From the human T2T-CHM13v2.0 reference genome, Homo sapiens, in the NCBI RefSeq assembly GCF_009914755.1, contig NC_060947.1: a DNA stretch of 64,000 nt. The stretch is one strand, 5' to 3'. The position numbers were made by a program, and so were the translations under genes. The notes below the pieces were generated by a model, which was given only the letters and a program-made list of their open reading frames with translations, was not told where the DNA came from and searched no databases. Below are positions 42,580 to 55,059 of the stretch, piece by piece (the first letter of the stretch is position 1; every line of letters begins with the position of its first letter).

Positions 42580-44959
42580 TTAAACCATACAAGAATTGGA
42601 AGAACCAGTTTGATTTGTTAAACCGTTATTTCTTACAAGCTTTACCTGCTGTTACAGTAACTACTGTTAACCTAATAGAAAATTGAGTACTTTGAAGTAG
42701 GGTCATACTATAACAAAATCTTAAAATATTTGGCATTGGTTTAGAGGGTAAACGACAGGCAGCAGGTGATGAGGAAATAGACATAAGAAGCTAAACAAAT
42801 TGGAGTGGTGTATCATTCCAGAACAAGATACTGAGCAAAACTATTGCCTATGATAACTTGTAAGACGCAACATGTACCTATTAAACTGGTAGCTCTTGGA
42901 GAAAAATGGCTTTAAAAGCATTAGTCTGTATGCATGGCTGCTTCTTGTGTTTGGCAAGGTGATAGTAACTTGATAGGTTTAGTTAGGCATTACAAGAAAA
43001 TTATGAGCTCAGAAAAGAATTGCGAATTTTCCAAAAATTACTTATTTGTATTCATCTATGAAAAACTATTGGGTCCTAAATTGGCACCAGCAAAAAGCGT
43101 ATTGCAAAACCTGGGCATCTCCCATGAAAGAGAATGTTCCCCCTACATCCATGATAAAGCCAAGTACCAAAGACCACCAGAGAAACTCCTATAATAAATT
43201 AGGTTTTAAATTTGTTGCAACAAGGAAGACTGCACACCATGAAGAACCATAGGATGTCTCAGGAAGAGGAAGTTAGGATAGCAGCCTTCTCATGCTGCAA
43301 TAACAAATACCACAGACTGGGTGATTTAAACAACAGCAGTGTATTCACTCATTTCAAGGTGTCAGCAGGGCTGGTTTCTTCTGTACTTTCTCTCCTTGGC
43401 TTGCAGATAGCCACCTTCTTTCTGTGTCCTTACATGGACTTTCTTCTGTGTCCAAGTGCCTGAGATCTCCTCTTTTTATAAGGACACCAGTCATATTGAT
43501 TAGGGCCTACACAAAACACCTCATTTTTACTTAATCACTCTTATAAAGACTTTATATCCAAATACAGTTACATTCTGAGGTACTATAGGTTAGGACTAGG
43601 TACCAGGGATTACCACAACAAATTAATTTGGGATGAGACAAATACTCATTCCATAACTGATGGGAATGTTTGGGTTCATGCCTTTGAAGACGTGGGGCTC
43701 TGTTCCGGATTGAATTCTGTCAGGAAAGAGACGTCCTTATGTATTTAGTATTTTAAGTTTTATTTAGGTGGTAGAATAAACGAAGTGGGGCCAGAGTTAC
43801 CATTGGTAGTCATTTTACCAGGAATGGAAGATATTTAATTATATTTTTGTGCATGGTGTTCTTGCTTTGTGTCTGTGTTTAGTCATGATTACTCAGTGGT
43901 CTTGTTTTTGTCTTGTTTCATCAAAGTCATGGAGTGATCCCTTTTCAAATGTTGTTGATATTGTGTAGAATTGTTTATTTCAGCAGGGAACACCATGGAC
44001 TAGCTATTTAGCAAGTGAGCACTAGGCCTAATTTTAGTTACCAGGCTTGCTACCAGCTGTCAGCTGTCAGTGCGGTTTCTTTCTCACCCGCTTCAGATGT
44101 GGCAATGGAGACAATGAACAGTGAAGAATATCCCAGAATGTGTAGCCAGGGGCCACTGAGAGTAATGGACAAAGGACTTCCACCAAAACAGAAGAATCAG
44201 GAGCTAATCATAGAACTTTTCTCACTGCCATGGCAAAGAAATCTCACAATGCCTGTCCAGCAGAATTCCACCATTGCTCTGGATCAGTGACTGCTACATG
44301 TATCCTAGGTCTCCCTTTGTAAATGGGATTTCTTTTTTTCAATGTGATCAACCTGCCCTACTCCATCATGGTACATTGGGTATTCTGGGGAGGAGGTACT
44401 GATAATTCAGCTTGTCATTTGAAGTCATGAGTAGCCAGAACCTAAGGAACCATATCAAGAGCTGACTGAGCTGGATTCAACGACTGCATGAGATTTTGGG
44501 GTATCTCATTCAAAGAGATGTCAAATGTGTGTTACATATCAGAAAAAAATGAAAGAATATTTTAACCAGAAGGGAAAACATGGCAGAAACTACGAACAAT
44601 TCACATAATGGTAGACTGCATTTCCCAGCTTCACTTGCCTTGTGTGGTTATAAGAATGAGATCTAGCCAACAAAATGTGAGAAGAAATGCAGTGTGCCAA
44701 ATACACCGCAGATCCATTAGGATCTCTCAAGCATATTTATGTTCTTTCCCCCTTCTAGCTTATTTGGATGGAAATTACTATGGAGAGACCAAGGAGGTCA
44801 AGTATAAAGATGGCAAGCCTTTGGCAGCCTGGGCCACTGAATGATTGTGTGGAGGAGAACCAACTTCCCCAACCAGAAACATCCATCTTTCATTTTTAAA
44901 TGAGCAAGAAATAAATCTATATTCTGACTAAGCCATTATACATTTGAGTGTAATATTTG
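42580..44959 (+). mobile_element. MLT1 (MaLR) proviral relic: LTR end, internal pieces, 3' LTR (last bases at 51184-51225)
   Basis: LTR end ctgttacagtaac...cctaatag followed by the internal start aaattgagtactttgaagtagggtcatactataacaa. The 3' LTR has gactgcatttcccagcttcacttgc and gaaataaatct...taagccatt. Confidence 0.55.
43283..43657 (-). mobile_element. MLT1B/C-type MaLR LTR
   Basis: taacaaataccacagactgggtg, tataaggacaccagtcatattgattagggcc and ccaaatacagttacattctgaggtact. Confidence 0.85.
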
Positions 44960-47900
44960 GGTATTCTTGTTGTTGTTTTCTTCCAAATTTTATTATAGGT
45001 TCAATGGTACATGCGCAGGTTTGTGATATGTGTAAACTGTATGTCACAATGGTTTAGTGTACACATTATGTTCTCACCCAGACAATAAACATAGCACCTG
45101 ATAGGTGGTTTTTGCATCGTTACCCTCTTCCCACTCTCCACCCTCAAGTAGGCCTAGATGTCTGTTGTTCCCTTTTTTGTATCCATGAGTACTCAATGAT
45201 TTGCTTCCACTAATAAGTGACGACATGCAATATTTGGTTTTCTATTCCTGCTTTAATTCACTTAGGGTGATGGCCTTCAGCTGTATCCATATTGCTGTAG
45301 GACATGATTTCAGCCTTTTTTTTGGCTGTGTAGTATTCCATCATGTATATGTGCCACATTTTCTTTATCCAGTATGCCGCTGATGGGCATCCAGGTTGAT
45401 TGTCTTTACTATTATGAACAGTATTGTAATAAACATACATGTTCATGTGTCTTTATGGTAGAACAATTTATATTCCTTCGGGTATATACCCAGTAATGGG
45501 ATTGCTGCGTTGAATGGTAGTTCTAAGTTCTTTGATAAACGGTCAAACTGTTTTCCACAATGACTGAACTAGTTTACATTCACACCAGTAATGCATAAGC
45601 ACTCCCTTTTCTCCACAACCTCGTCAGCATCTGTTATTTTTTGACTTTTTAATAATAGCCATTCTGACTGGTATAAGATGGTATCTCATTGTGGTTTTGA
45701 TGTGCATTTCTCTAATGATTAGTGATGTCGAGCGTTTTTTAATATGTCTGTTTGCCACTTGTATATCTTCTTTTGAGAAGTATCTGTTCGTGTCAGTTGC
45801 CCATTTTTTAATGGGGTTATTTGTTAAGTTGTTTAAGTTCCTTATGGATTCTGAAGTTAGACCTTTGTATATGTACAGATTGTGATTATTTGCTCCTATT
45901 CTGTAGGTTGTCTGCTTACTCTGTTGATAGTTTCTTTTGCTGTGCAGAAGCTCTTTAATTTAATAAGGTGTCAGGCATCAATTTTTGTTATTCTTACCAT
46001 TGCTTTTGAGGACTTGGTGATAAATTATTTCCCAAGGCTGATATCCAGAATGGTGTTTCCTAGGTTTTTATAGTTTTAGGTTTTGCCTTTAAGTATTTAA
46101 TCCATCTTGAGTTGATTTTTGTGTACGGTGAAAGGAAGGGATCCAGTTTCATTCTTCTGCATAGGCTAGCCAGTTATTCAAGCACCATATATTGCATAGG
46201 GAATCCTTTCCTATTGCTTGTTATTATCTACTTTGTCAAAAGTCAGATGGTTTTAGGTGTGTGGTTTTATTTTGGGGTTTTCTAAGCAGTTCCATTGGTC
46301 TATGTGTGTTTTTGTACCAGCTGTTTTGGTTAATTTAGCCCCGTATTATAGTTTGAAGTTAGGTAGTATGATGCCTCTGGCTTTGTTCTTTTTGCTTAGG
46401 ATAGCTTTGGCCATTCAGGCTCTTTTTAGGTTCCAAATGAATTTTAGAATACATTTTTCTAATTCTGTAAAAAATATTGTTGCCAGTTGGATAGGAATAG
46501 TGTTCAAATTGCTTTGGGTAGTATGGCCGTTTAAAAAAATATTGATTCTACCCATCAAGGAGCATGAAATGTAACTCCCTGGTTAACTGGATTCCCAGGA
46601 ATTTTATTGTTTTTGTGGCAATTGTGAATGGGATTGCATTCTCGATTTGGCTCTCAGCTTGGACGTTTTTGGTGTATAGTAATGCTGCTTGATTTTGTAC
46701 ATTAGTTTTGTTTTCTGAAACTTTGCTGAAGTCGTTCATTAAATCTAGGAGTCTTTGGGCAGAGACTATGGGGTTTTCTAGGTATAAAATCATATAATCT
46801 GTAAAGAGAGATTGTTTGACCTTCCTCTCTTCCTATTTGGATGCCTTTTATTTTTTTTTTTCTTGCCTGATTGCTCTGGGTATCATTTCCAGTACTATGT
46901 TAAGTAGGAGTGGCAAGTGTGGGCATCTTTATGTTGTTCTGTTCTCAAGGGGAATGTTTCCAGCTTTTTCGCATTCAGTGTGATGTTGATAGTGGGTTTG
47001 ACATAGATGGCTTTTAATACTTTGAGGTTGTTCCTTCGATGCCAAAATGTTGAGGGTTTTTAACATGAAGCAATGTTGAAAGCCTTTTCTGTACCTATTG
47101 AGATGATCATATGGTTTTGAGTTCTGTTTATGAGATGAATCACATTTCTTAATTTGTGTATGTTGTATCAACCTTGCATCCCAGGAATAAAGCCTACTTG
47201 ATCGTGATGAATTATCTTTTTGATGTACTGCTAGATTTTGTTTGTATTTTGTTGAGGATTTTTGCTTCTATATTCATCAGGGATATTGGCCTGAGTTTTT
47301 TCTTTTGTGTTGTTTCTCTGCTACGTTTTGGTATCAAAATGATGCTGGCTTCATAGAATGAGTTAGGGAGGAGTCCTTCCTCTTACATTCATTTTGGAAT
47401 AGTTTCAATAGAATTGGGAACAGATCTGCATTATACATCTGGTAGATATTGTCTGTGAATCTGTCTTGTCCAAGGCTTTTTCTGGTTGGTAGGTCTTTTA
47501 TTTACTGATTCAATTTCAGAACTTGTTATTGGTCTGTTCAGAGTTTCATCTTCTTCCTGGTTAAATCTTGGGAGGTTGTAAAAGTTTCCAGTAATTAATC
47601 CATTTCTTCTAGGTTTTCTAGTTTTGCTCATAGAAGTATTTGTAATAGTCTCTGAGTGTTTTTTGTATTTCTGTGGGGTCAATGGTAAAGTACCTCTGTT
47701 ATTTCTGATTGTGTTTATTTGGATCTTCTCTCCTTTATTAGTCTATCACTGGTCTGTCAATCTTATTTATTTTTTCTGAGAACAAACTTTTGTTTTTGTT
47801 GATCGTTTGTATGACTTTTCACATCTCAATTTCTTTCAGTTCATCTCTGCTTTGGTTATTTCTTTTCTTCTGCTAGCTTTGCAGTTGGTTTGCTCTTGTT

Positions 47901-50900
47901 TTCCTAGTTCCTCTAGATACGGTGTTAGGTTGTTAACCTCAGATCGTTCTAACTTTTTGATGTGGGCCTTTAGTGCTATAAACTTTCCTCTTAACAATGC
48001 TTTACCTGTGTCCCAGAGATTCTGGTATGTTTTATCTTTGTTTTCATTATTTTCAAAGAATTTCTTGATTTCTGCCTTAACTACATTGTTTACCCAAAGG
48101 TCATCTGGAAGCCGACTGTTTAATTTGCATGTAATCATATGGTTTTGAGAGATCTTCTTGGTAGTGATTTACATTCTCATTGTGCTGTGGTCCAAGTGTG
48201 TGTTTGGTATGATTTTTTTTTAATTTGTTGAGAATTCCTTTATGGCTGAGCTTGTGGTTGATTTTTGAGTATGTAATGTGAAAATATGAAGAATATATAT
48301 TCTGTTATTTTTGGGTGGAGTGTTCTGTTAGGTGTCGGTTAGGTCTATTTGCTCAAGTGTCGAGTTTGGGTCCCAAATGTCTTTGTTAGTTTTCTGCATG
48401 GATGATCTAATACTCTCAGCGGGGTGTTGAAGTCTCCCACTATTACTGTGTAGTTATCTAATTATCTTTGTAGGTCTCTAAGAACTTGTTTCATGAATCT
48501 TGGTGCTCCAGTGTTGAGTGCATATATATTTAGGATAATTAAGTATTCTTGTTGAATTGAAACCTTTATTATTACGTAATGCCTTTCTCTGTCCTTTTGA
48601 CTGTTGTTGTTTAAAGTCTGCTTTGGCTAAAATAAAAATAGCAACCCCTGCTATTTTTTGTTTTCCATTTGCTTGATAAATCTTCCCCCATTCCATTACC
48701 TTGAGCCTATGGGTGTCATTCCATGTAAAATGTGTCTCTTAAAGACAGTGTACTGTTGGGTTTTGCTTATCAAACTTGCCCCTTTGTGCCTTTTAACGGG
48801 GACATTTAGCTCATATACACTCAAGGTTAATATTGGTATGTGAGGATTCGATCCTGTCATCATGTTGTTAGCTTGTTGTTATGTCGACTTTATTATGCAC
48901 TTGCTTTGTGTTGCCAATGGTCTATGTACATAAGTGGGTTATTTTGATGGCCAGTAACAATCTTTTGTTTCCATGTTTAGCACTCCCTTAAGGACCTCTT
49001 GTAAGGTAGGTCAGGTTGTAGCAAATGCCCTTGGCATTTGCTTGTTTGAAAATGATTTTATTTCTTTTTTAGTTATGAACTTAGTTTGGCTAGATATAAA
49101 ATTCTTGGTTGAATTTTCTTTTATTAATGCTTAATACAGGCCCCCAATCTCTTCCGGCTCGTAGGGTTTCTGCTGAAAAGCCCACTGTTAGCCTGATGGG
49201 GTTCCCTTTATAGGCGACCTGCCTCTTCCCTCTAGCTGCCTTAAATGTTTTATTTCACATTGACCTTGGAGAACCTGATGACTACATGTCTTGGGGATGA
49301 TCATCTTGTATAGCATCTCATACAGGGGTTCTCTGAATTTCCTGAATTTGAATGTCAACCTCTCCAGTGAGGTCGAGACAATTTTTGTGGACAATATCCT
49401 CAAATATGTTTTCCAATTTGCTTGCTCGCTCTCTCTCCCTGTCTTTCAGGGATGCCAGTGAGTAATAGGTTTAGTCTCTTTACATAATCCCATATCACTC
49501 AGAGGTTTTGTTCACGCTTGCTTTTTTTAAAATTTTTTTCAGACAGGTAATTCAAAGAATCAGTCTTTGAACACAGATTCTTCATTCAGTTTGGTCTATT
49601 CTGCTGTTAATACTTTCATTTGTATTATGAAATACTTGTAGTATTTCAGCTCTATCAGATCAGTTTGGTTCTTTCTTAACATGGCAATTTTGTCTTTTAG
49701 CTATTTTATGGTTTTGATTCATTAGATTCCTTGGATTTGGTTCCAACTTTCTCCTGAAACTCTATGAAGTCATTGCCATCCAGATTGTCAATTTTATTTT
49801 TGTCATTTCAGCCTTTTAGTCTGGTTAAGAACCATTGCTGGGGAGCTAGTGCTATCATTTTGAGGTAAAAAGGCAATAGGGCTTTTAGATATGCCAGATT
49901 TTTTGCACTGGCTCTTTCTCATCTGTGTGGGCTGATATTCCTTAATGTTTGAAGTTGCTGTCCTTTGGATGGGGCTTTTTGCTTTCATATTCTTTAATGT
50001 CCTTGAGGCTTTGACTGTGGCATATTATGTGTTCAGTTAACTAGCTTCAATTCTGGATGATTTCAGTGGCCCAGTGCTCAGCTTAGCACTCCTTGGTTGC
50101 ATGCTCTAACTAGGGGGCTGGGACCAGGTCCATGGCTTTGTTCTGTAGCCCCTGTAGTTAAGTACCTGCTATGCTGGGGGGCCCAAGGTGTTACCAGTCC
50201 ACTGGTAACAACACTCTGATGGGAGGTGCTGGCTGTGGGGTCTGCATTCATTCATATGTGCTGATGGCAGCAGGACAGTGGGGTCTGCACCTGTGCACCG
50301 GTGGGGGTGGAGTGTCTGCAATGTCCACATACATGCATCAGCAAAGCAGTGAGGGGAGGCCGCAATTGACTGCACACCAGCAAAGCTGTGGTTGAATGCA
50401 ACAGGTGGGTGCATGCTGGCAAATGCCTGTCTGCAGAAGCTCTCTGACAGTCAGGCAGGTGCTGCTGGCAAAGGAGCTATGGTGGTGGCCAATTGCAAGT
50501 GCCCAAGTTGGGTACCTGAGGCTGCATTGCAAGTGGGTGCTGCCAGGCAGGGATCCTGGAAGAAGCCAGCAGATGCAGTGGGGGTGGGGGGTGGGGGTTG
50601 GTGCTCAGATTAGACCGGCCCCATCCCACAAGCAAGACAGCTCTGCTTTGTCCAGGTCCAACAGTTAGCAAAGGCCACAGTCACCTACAGGAACATGGTA
50701 AGTCTTGAGGAATGGGTAACCTTGGTTGTGCTCCACTGCAGCCATTCCCACACCAAACCCTCTGGACTCCATGCAGGCTGGAGTCCTGTCCCTGCCAACT
50801 CTCCATGTAGCTCTCCCTGCCAGCTTAAATGTCCATGTGGATCATACACAGGGGCTCCTGCAGCTAGGATTCCAGAGGTCTGTGATGGGCGTGAGCTACA

Positions 50901-51183
50901 CCATGCCTCTTTTACTCATCCCTTCCTCAGGAACCACTTGGAGCCAGGAATGAGTCCTGGAGCTCGGAAACCCTGTGCAGGTTCCCAGCTTCTTCCTACT
51001 TTAGCCCAGGCTTTGTGTACTTCCTTCATCCACTCCGAATTCCTTCCTTCTGAAGATTTGCTCAGAGTATGCCAGTCTTGAGGGTCTCTGGCTCAGAGTA
51101 TGCCAGTCTTGGGTTGGGTAGAACTCTCAGTGTAAGAAGCTCTTGCAGGCTGCATCTTGTGAACCATTTTAGCTCTTTTCCAC
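44960..51183 (-). mobile_element. Near full-length, degraded L1 (L1PA13-16 age) with 5'UTR, ORF1, ORF2 and 3'UTR
   Basis: Colinear antisense L1. ORF2 remnants include [23 protein letters not shown] and [18 protein letters not shown]; ORF1 remnants lie near 49000-49900; a GC-richer 5'UTR spans about 50050-51170. TSD ttgagtgta(a)tatttg at 44944-44959 / 51184-51198. Confidence 0.92.
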
Positions 51184-51589
51184 TTGAGTGTATATTTGTT
51201 ATAGCAGCTAGTGATGCCCTAATCTCAGCCCTGTTTAGCATGTTTGATTGATAAAATTGTTTGTTCATTCATTGACTGCTATGAAAAAATGATGCAATCC
51301 CTTAGAAGCACATAATTCTTTAGAAAGGCATATATTTTGTTTGCATACTTAGCCAGGTGACAAGAAAACTCCATACCTGGGTTACATCCCTCTGGTACCT
51401 AAAAAGTCACCCTTGTAGGAACTACAAAACACCTTGCCCTTGAATTTTCTAAGCACCATGTCTGTTACCGCACATGTAGAATGTCTTTAAAGATATCACT
51501 GCTAATATTCCTCTTAGAGCTCCTCTTAACAGATTTACCTTAAAGTTTGTGGGAAAAAATGCGTATTTTACCTAATGAATTTATATACT

Positions 51590-51660
51590 TAAACTAAAAC
51601 AAGGATAACATCATGATGAATGTTTCATTGTTTGCTGTGGATTCTAAGAAGCTTAGATCT
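51590..51660 (+). repeat. Donor copy of a 71-bp dispersed duplication (second copy 53807-53877)
   Basis: taaactaaaacaaggataacatca(t/c)gatgaatgtttcattgtttgctgt(g/a)gattctaagaagcttagatct; 69/71 identical. Confidence 0.97.
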
Positions 51661-53549
51661 CAATTTCATAATAGCTGTCCTCAGAAAACATTTCTTATAC
51701 TATAATATATTCTCTTCCCTCTGCCACTTGGTGTATTTTATCCAACATTAAGGTATTTTTTTCTTGGAAAATCCATACCTCTATGTATGTTGCCTTGTAT
51801 ATTTTTGAGATGCACATATTGCATATTCATATATTTGCCCTTCTCATTCAATTCTTCTCAACACACTGTTTTCAGGAAAAAAAAAGTTTTCCCTAATAAT
51901 TTCAAACCTTTATGTTCCATGTTACTTTCTTTGTTTGAAATAACCTAGGCCTATCAATAGAAGGCTTTGAGTTCGTCGATCCGGTTAACAAGCTGGGAGC
52001 AGTATGGGTTGGGTAGAACTCATACAATTAAAATAGTGACCAAGTGAAAAGTATCTAGATACTTCTCACTAACCAGCGGAAGCAAAAGGTGAAACAAGAC
52101 ACTTTTATTCATGCATCTAACTCTCTACTTCCCTAGTGCATATTCTTTTTTCCTCCTACCCACCTTGGGATACTTGACTTGGACAGTGAGGAACTAATGG
52201 TGATTTTCACCAAGAAATAAGAAACATTCCCAGGTAGAGCAAATCTTTCTGAGTATTTATTTTCTGTTTAGAATTCACTTTAAACCCGAGGAAATTCTCC
52301 AGAGCAGTGACCTGGGACACCCGTAGCTGCCTAATCATTCTCTTGGCAGTTATGTGAGATAGACATCCAACATAAGCATGTACTTAATTTAAATACTACT
52401 TTTTAAATAATTAGTACCATCTTCCTCTACAACCAGTCCCTTTTCTGTTGCTTTCTCAGGAATATATAAACACATTCTCCAAAATATTTTTTCCAAAGCA
52501 TTCTAAAAATAAATTATAAAGAGCAGAAGAAATTAGTGTATTTGTCAGAAACATGGCAACTTATATATGCAGGTAATTTTCACATTATTCTTTAGTGTCA
52601 AAGTTTGAGAATATGTAATGTTAATGTAGGCTTCACTGTTCTCTGTATATACCTCACATCAAACAGGAAGGTGATAGGAACCGGCATCCTGAGAGGCAAC
52701 AAAGAGAAAAGCCTACCTCTGCCTTCATCTTTTAATTTCTTCTGGGATTCCCCGAAGTAAATGATAGACTCTCAATAGTATACTCCAGATACAGAATTCC
52801 AAACTGATACGAGCTGATAAGGGATTATAGAAGTCACCTGGTTTAATCCTCTTTTCTTTTTCTTTTCCTTTTGTTTTCTTTCTTTTTAACATATGAAAAA
52901 GACCTTAATCAAATAATTAATGAGAGAATCACTAAGATGAGCGGTCTTTGTTCCCATCTGATACTGAAAAGATGTGTCTTATTTCCAAGTCTCAGAAATT
53001 TTTTTATCTGACAGTACCCACTCTTGTTATAATCAATCTCCAAAGTCTATTTTTAAAAGGTTTACCTCATAAGCTTTGGCCTGTTTATTTCTACAAGCGC
53101 AATAAGAATGCTAATTAATCACATAGGCCTTCTTGAGTTTTGTCTGCAAGTGTAATACCATACAATATTGAGCAACTAGTAAGGCCACAATTAACTTCTG
53201 TCCACAAGTTTATATAAGAAACCTCAAATTGGACTTATAATGCTTATTGTTGTTCTCCCAGCCAAGGCTAGGAAACCAAGCCCAAGATACATGCTCCACC
53301 AGATTTCATGAACAGCCCCTATACACTTAGGTGAAATACTGTCTTGTTGAGGTCCTCCAATATTGATAATGTCCCTGTCCTGTCAGGAAGCGACCATCAT
53401 TATTACCAGTGAGACTGGCATTCTATAGGCAGGTACAAGAGCACTTTCCTGGAAAGACTTTGTAGGCATTAAGCCCATATATATTTCTTAATACTGAGTT
53501 TTTCACATCTGATTAAAAGATGATCATTCTCAAATATATCACTGCAGAT

Positions 53550-54323
53550 ATAATGGTTAATTTTATGCATCAATTTGACTGGGCTAAAGGATACCTAGAT
53601 AGATAGCTGTCAAAACATTATTTCTGGGTGTGTCCATGAGAGTCTTTTAAGAAGAAGTCAGTGTTTGAGTTAACACACTAAGATCACATTCACCAGTATG
53701 AGTGGACATTATCCAATCTATTGAGGAATGAATACACACACACACATATGTGTGTATATATATATACACACACATATGTACATATATACACATATATGTG
53801 TATATATAAACTAAAACAAGGATAACATCACGATGAATGTTTCATTGTTTGCTGTAGATTCTAAGAAGCTTAGATCTGAAGCTTATATGTATATAAATGT
53901 GTACATATGTATACGTATGTGTACATACGTATACATATGCGTATATGTGTACTTATGTGTACACACGTATACATATGTGTATATATGTGTACGCACGTAT
54001 ACATATGTATACATATGTGTATATATGTGTACATATGTATACATATGTGTATATGTGTATATGTATATATACACATACATACATATATACACAGGTGTGT
54101 ATATATGCGCATATGTGTATATATGTATATGTGTGTATATGTGTATATATGTATATCTGTGTATGTGTATATATGTAATATGTGTGTATATATGTATATA
54201 TGTGTGTGTATGTGTATATATGTATATGTGTGTATACGTGCATATATACATATATATACATGTATACACACATATACATATATACACACACATATACATA
54301 TATACACACACATATATACATAT

Positions 54324-54356
<33 letters not shown>

Positions 54357-54432
54357 TATAGAGAGAGAGAGAGAGAGAGAGGAATACATATATATAAAAC
54401 CTGTTGGTTCTGTTTCTCTGGAAAACCCTAAG
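53550..54432 (+). mobile_element. MLT2B/D-type LTR with centre replaced by microsatellite
   Basis: 5' part atggttaattttatgcatcaatttgactgggctaaagg...attatttctgggtgtgtc; 3' end ttggttctgtttctctggaaaaccct. Confidence 0.82.
53732..54396. repeat. Compound (TA/TG/CA/GA) microsatellite of about 660 bp
   Basis: Directly visible; interrupted at 53807-53885 by non-repetitive sequence. Confidence 0.95.
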
Positions 54433-55059
54433 GACCTTGATAGCACAATTAAGTGGGCCAATCATAACCTGGTAAAAAGGAGAACATATTCTTAATGAAC
54501 CAATGCAAATAATGATATTGCCATGAAATGTAAAAAGACTCAGTAAATGTAATTGTTTCTGAATCCTGAGGGGTCAATAACAGCTACTGTTTAAAAATGA
54601 TTCATGTCAATTAATTGTGGTTAGAAGAGTTTTTTTTTAAAGAGCTTCCTTATATACTCATAAAATAGCATTAAAAATAATACCAACTATAATCCAAACA
54701 ACCACAAATTAATGTCCCTTCTGACTTTATTCGGTCCCTCCCATGTAATTCTCTACATCTTGGGTCAACAGCCTGCTTTAATAAAGTATGTCTGCTTGGG
54801 GACTACAAAGTGTCCTGGAAATCCTTACCCAGTCCACTTAAATACAAGCTGAAATGTGTCTAAGAGATGTTAGCTCAGAAGCCAAGGATCTGTTCTTTGA
54901 AATATCAATAAAGTACCTGGTATATTCCTTTCTAATCCAGTCTGAGTCTGAGTTTCCTTGCTGAGACAAATTCTAGCCTATAGCCTATAACAGGTTTCAG
55001 ACAAACATCAGGAAGCAGAAGTCCATGTAGTTAACATTTTTTTTGTTGCTCTTGCTTCC

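Noticed and set aside
50580-50601. G-rich tract as a G-quadruplex
   Set aside because: It has only three long G-runs plus GG and lies inside an L1 5'UTR, which is too weak to call.
53833-54495. Long overlapping ORFs (up to 220 aa) rich in Y/I/C/V/H/T; similar ones at 5814-6124, 7809-8123 and 32614-32972
   Set aside because: They are translations of TA/TG/CA microsatellites that lack stop codons, not proteins.
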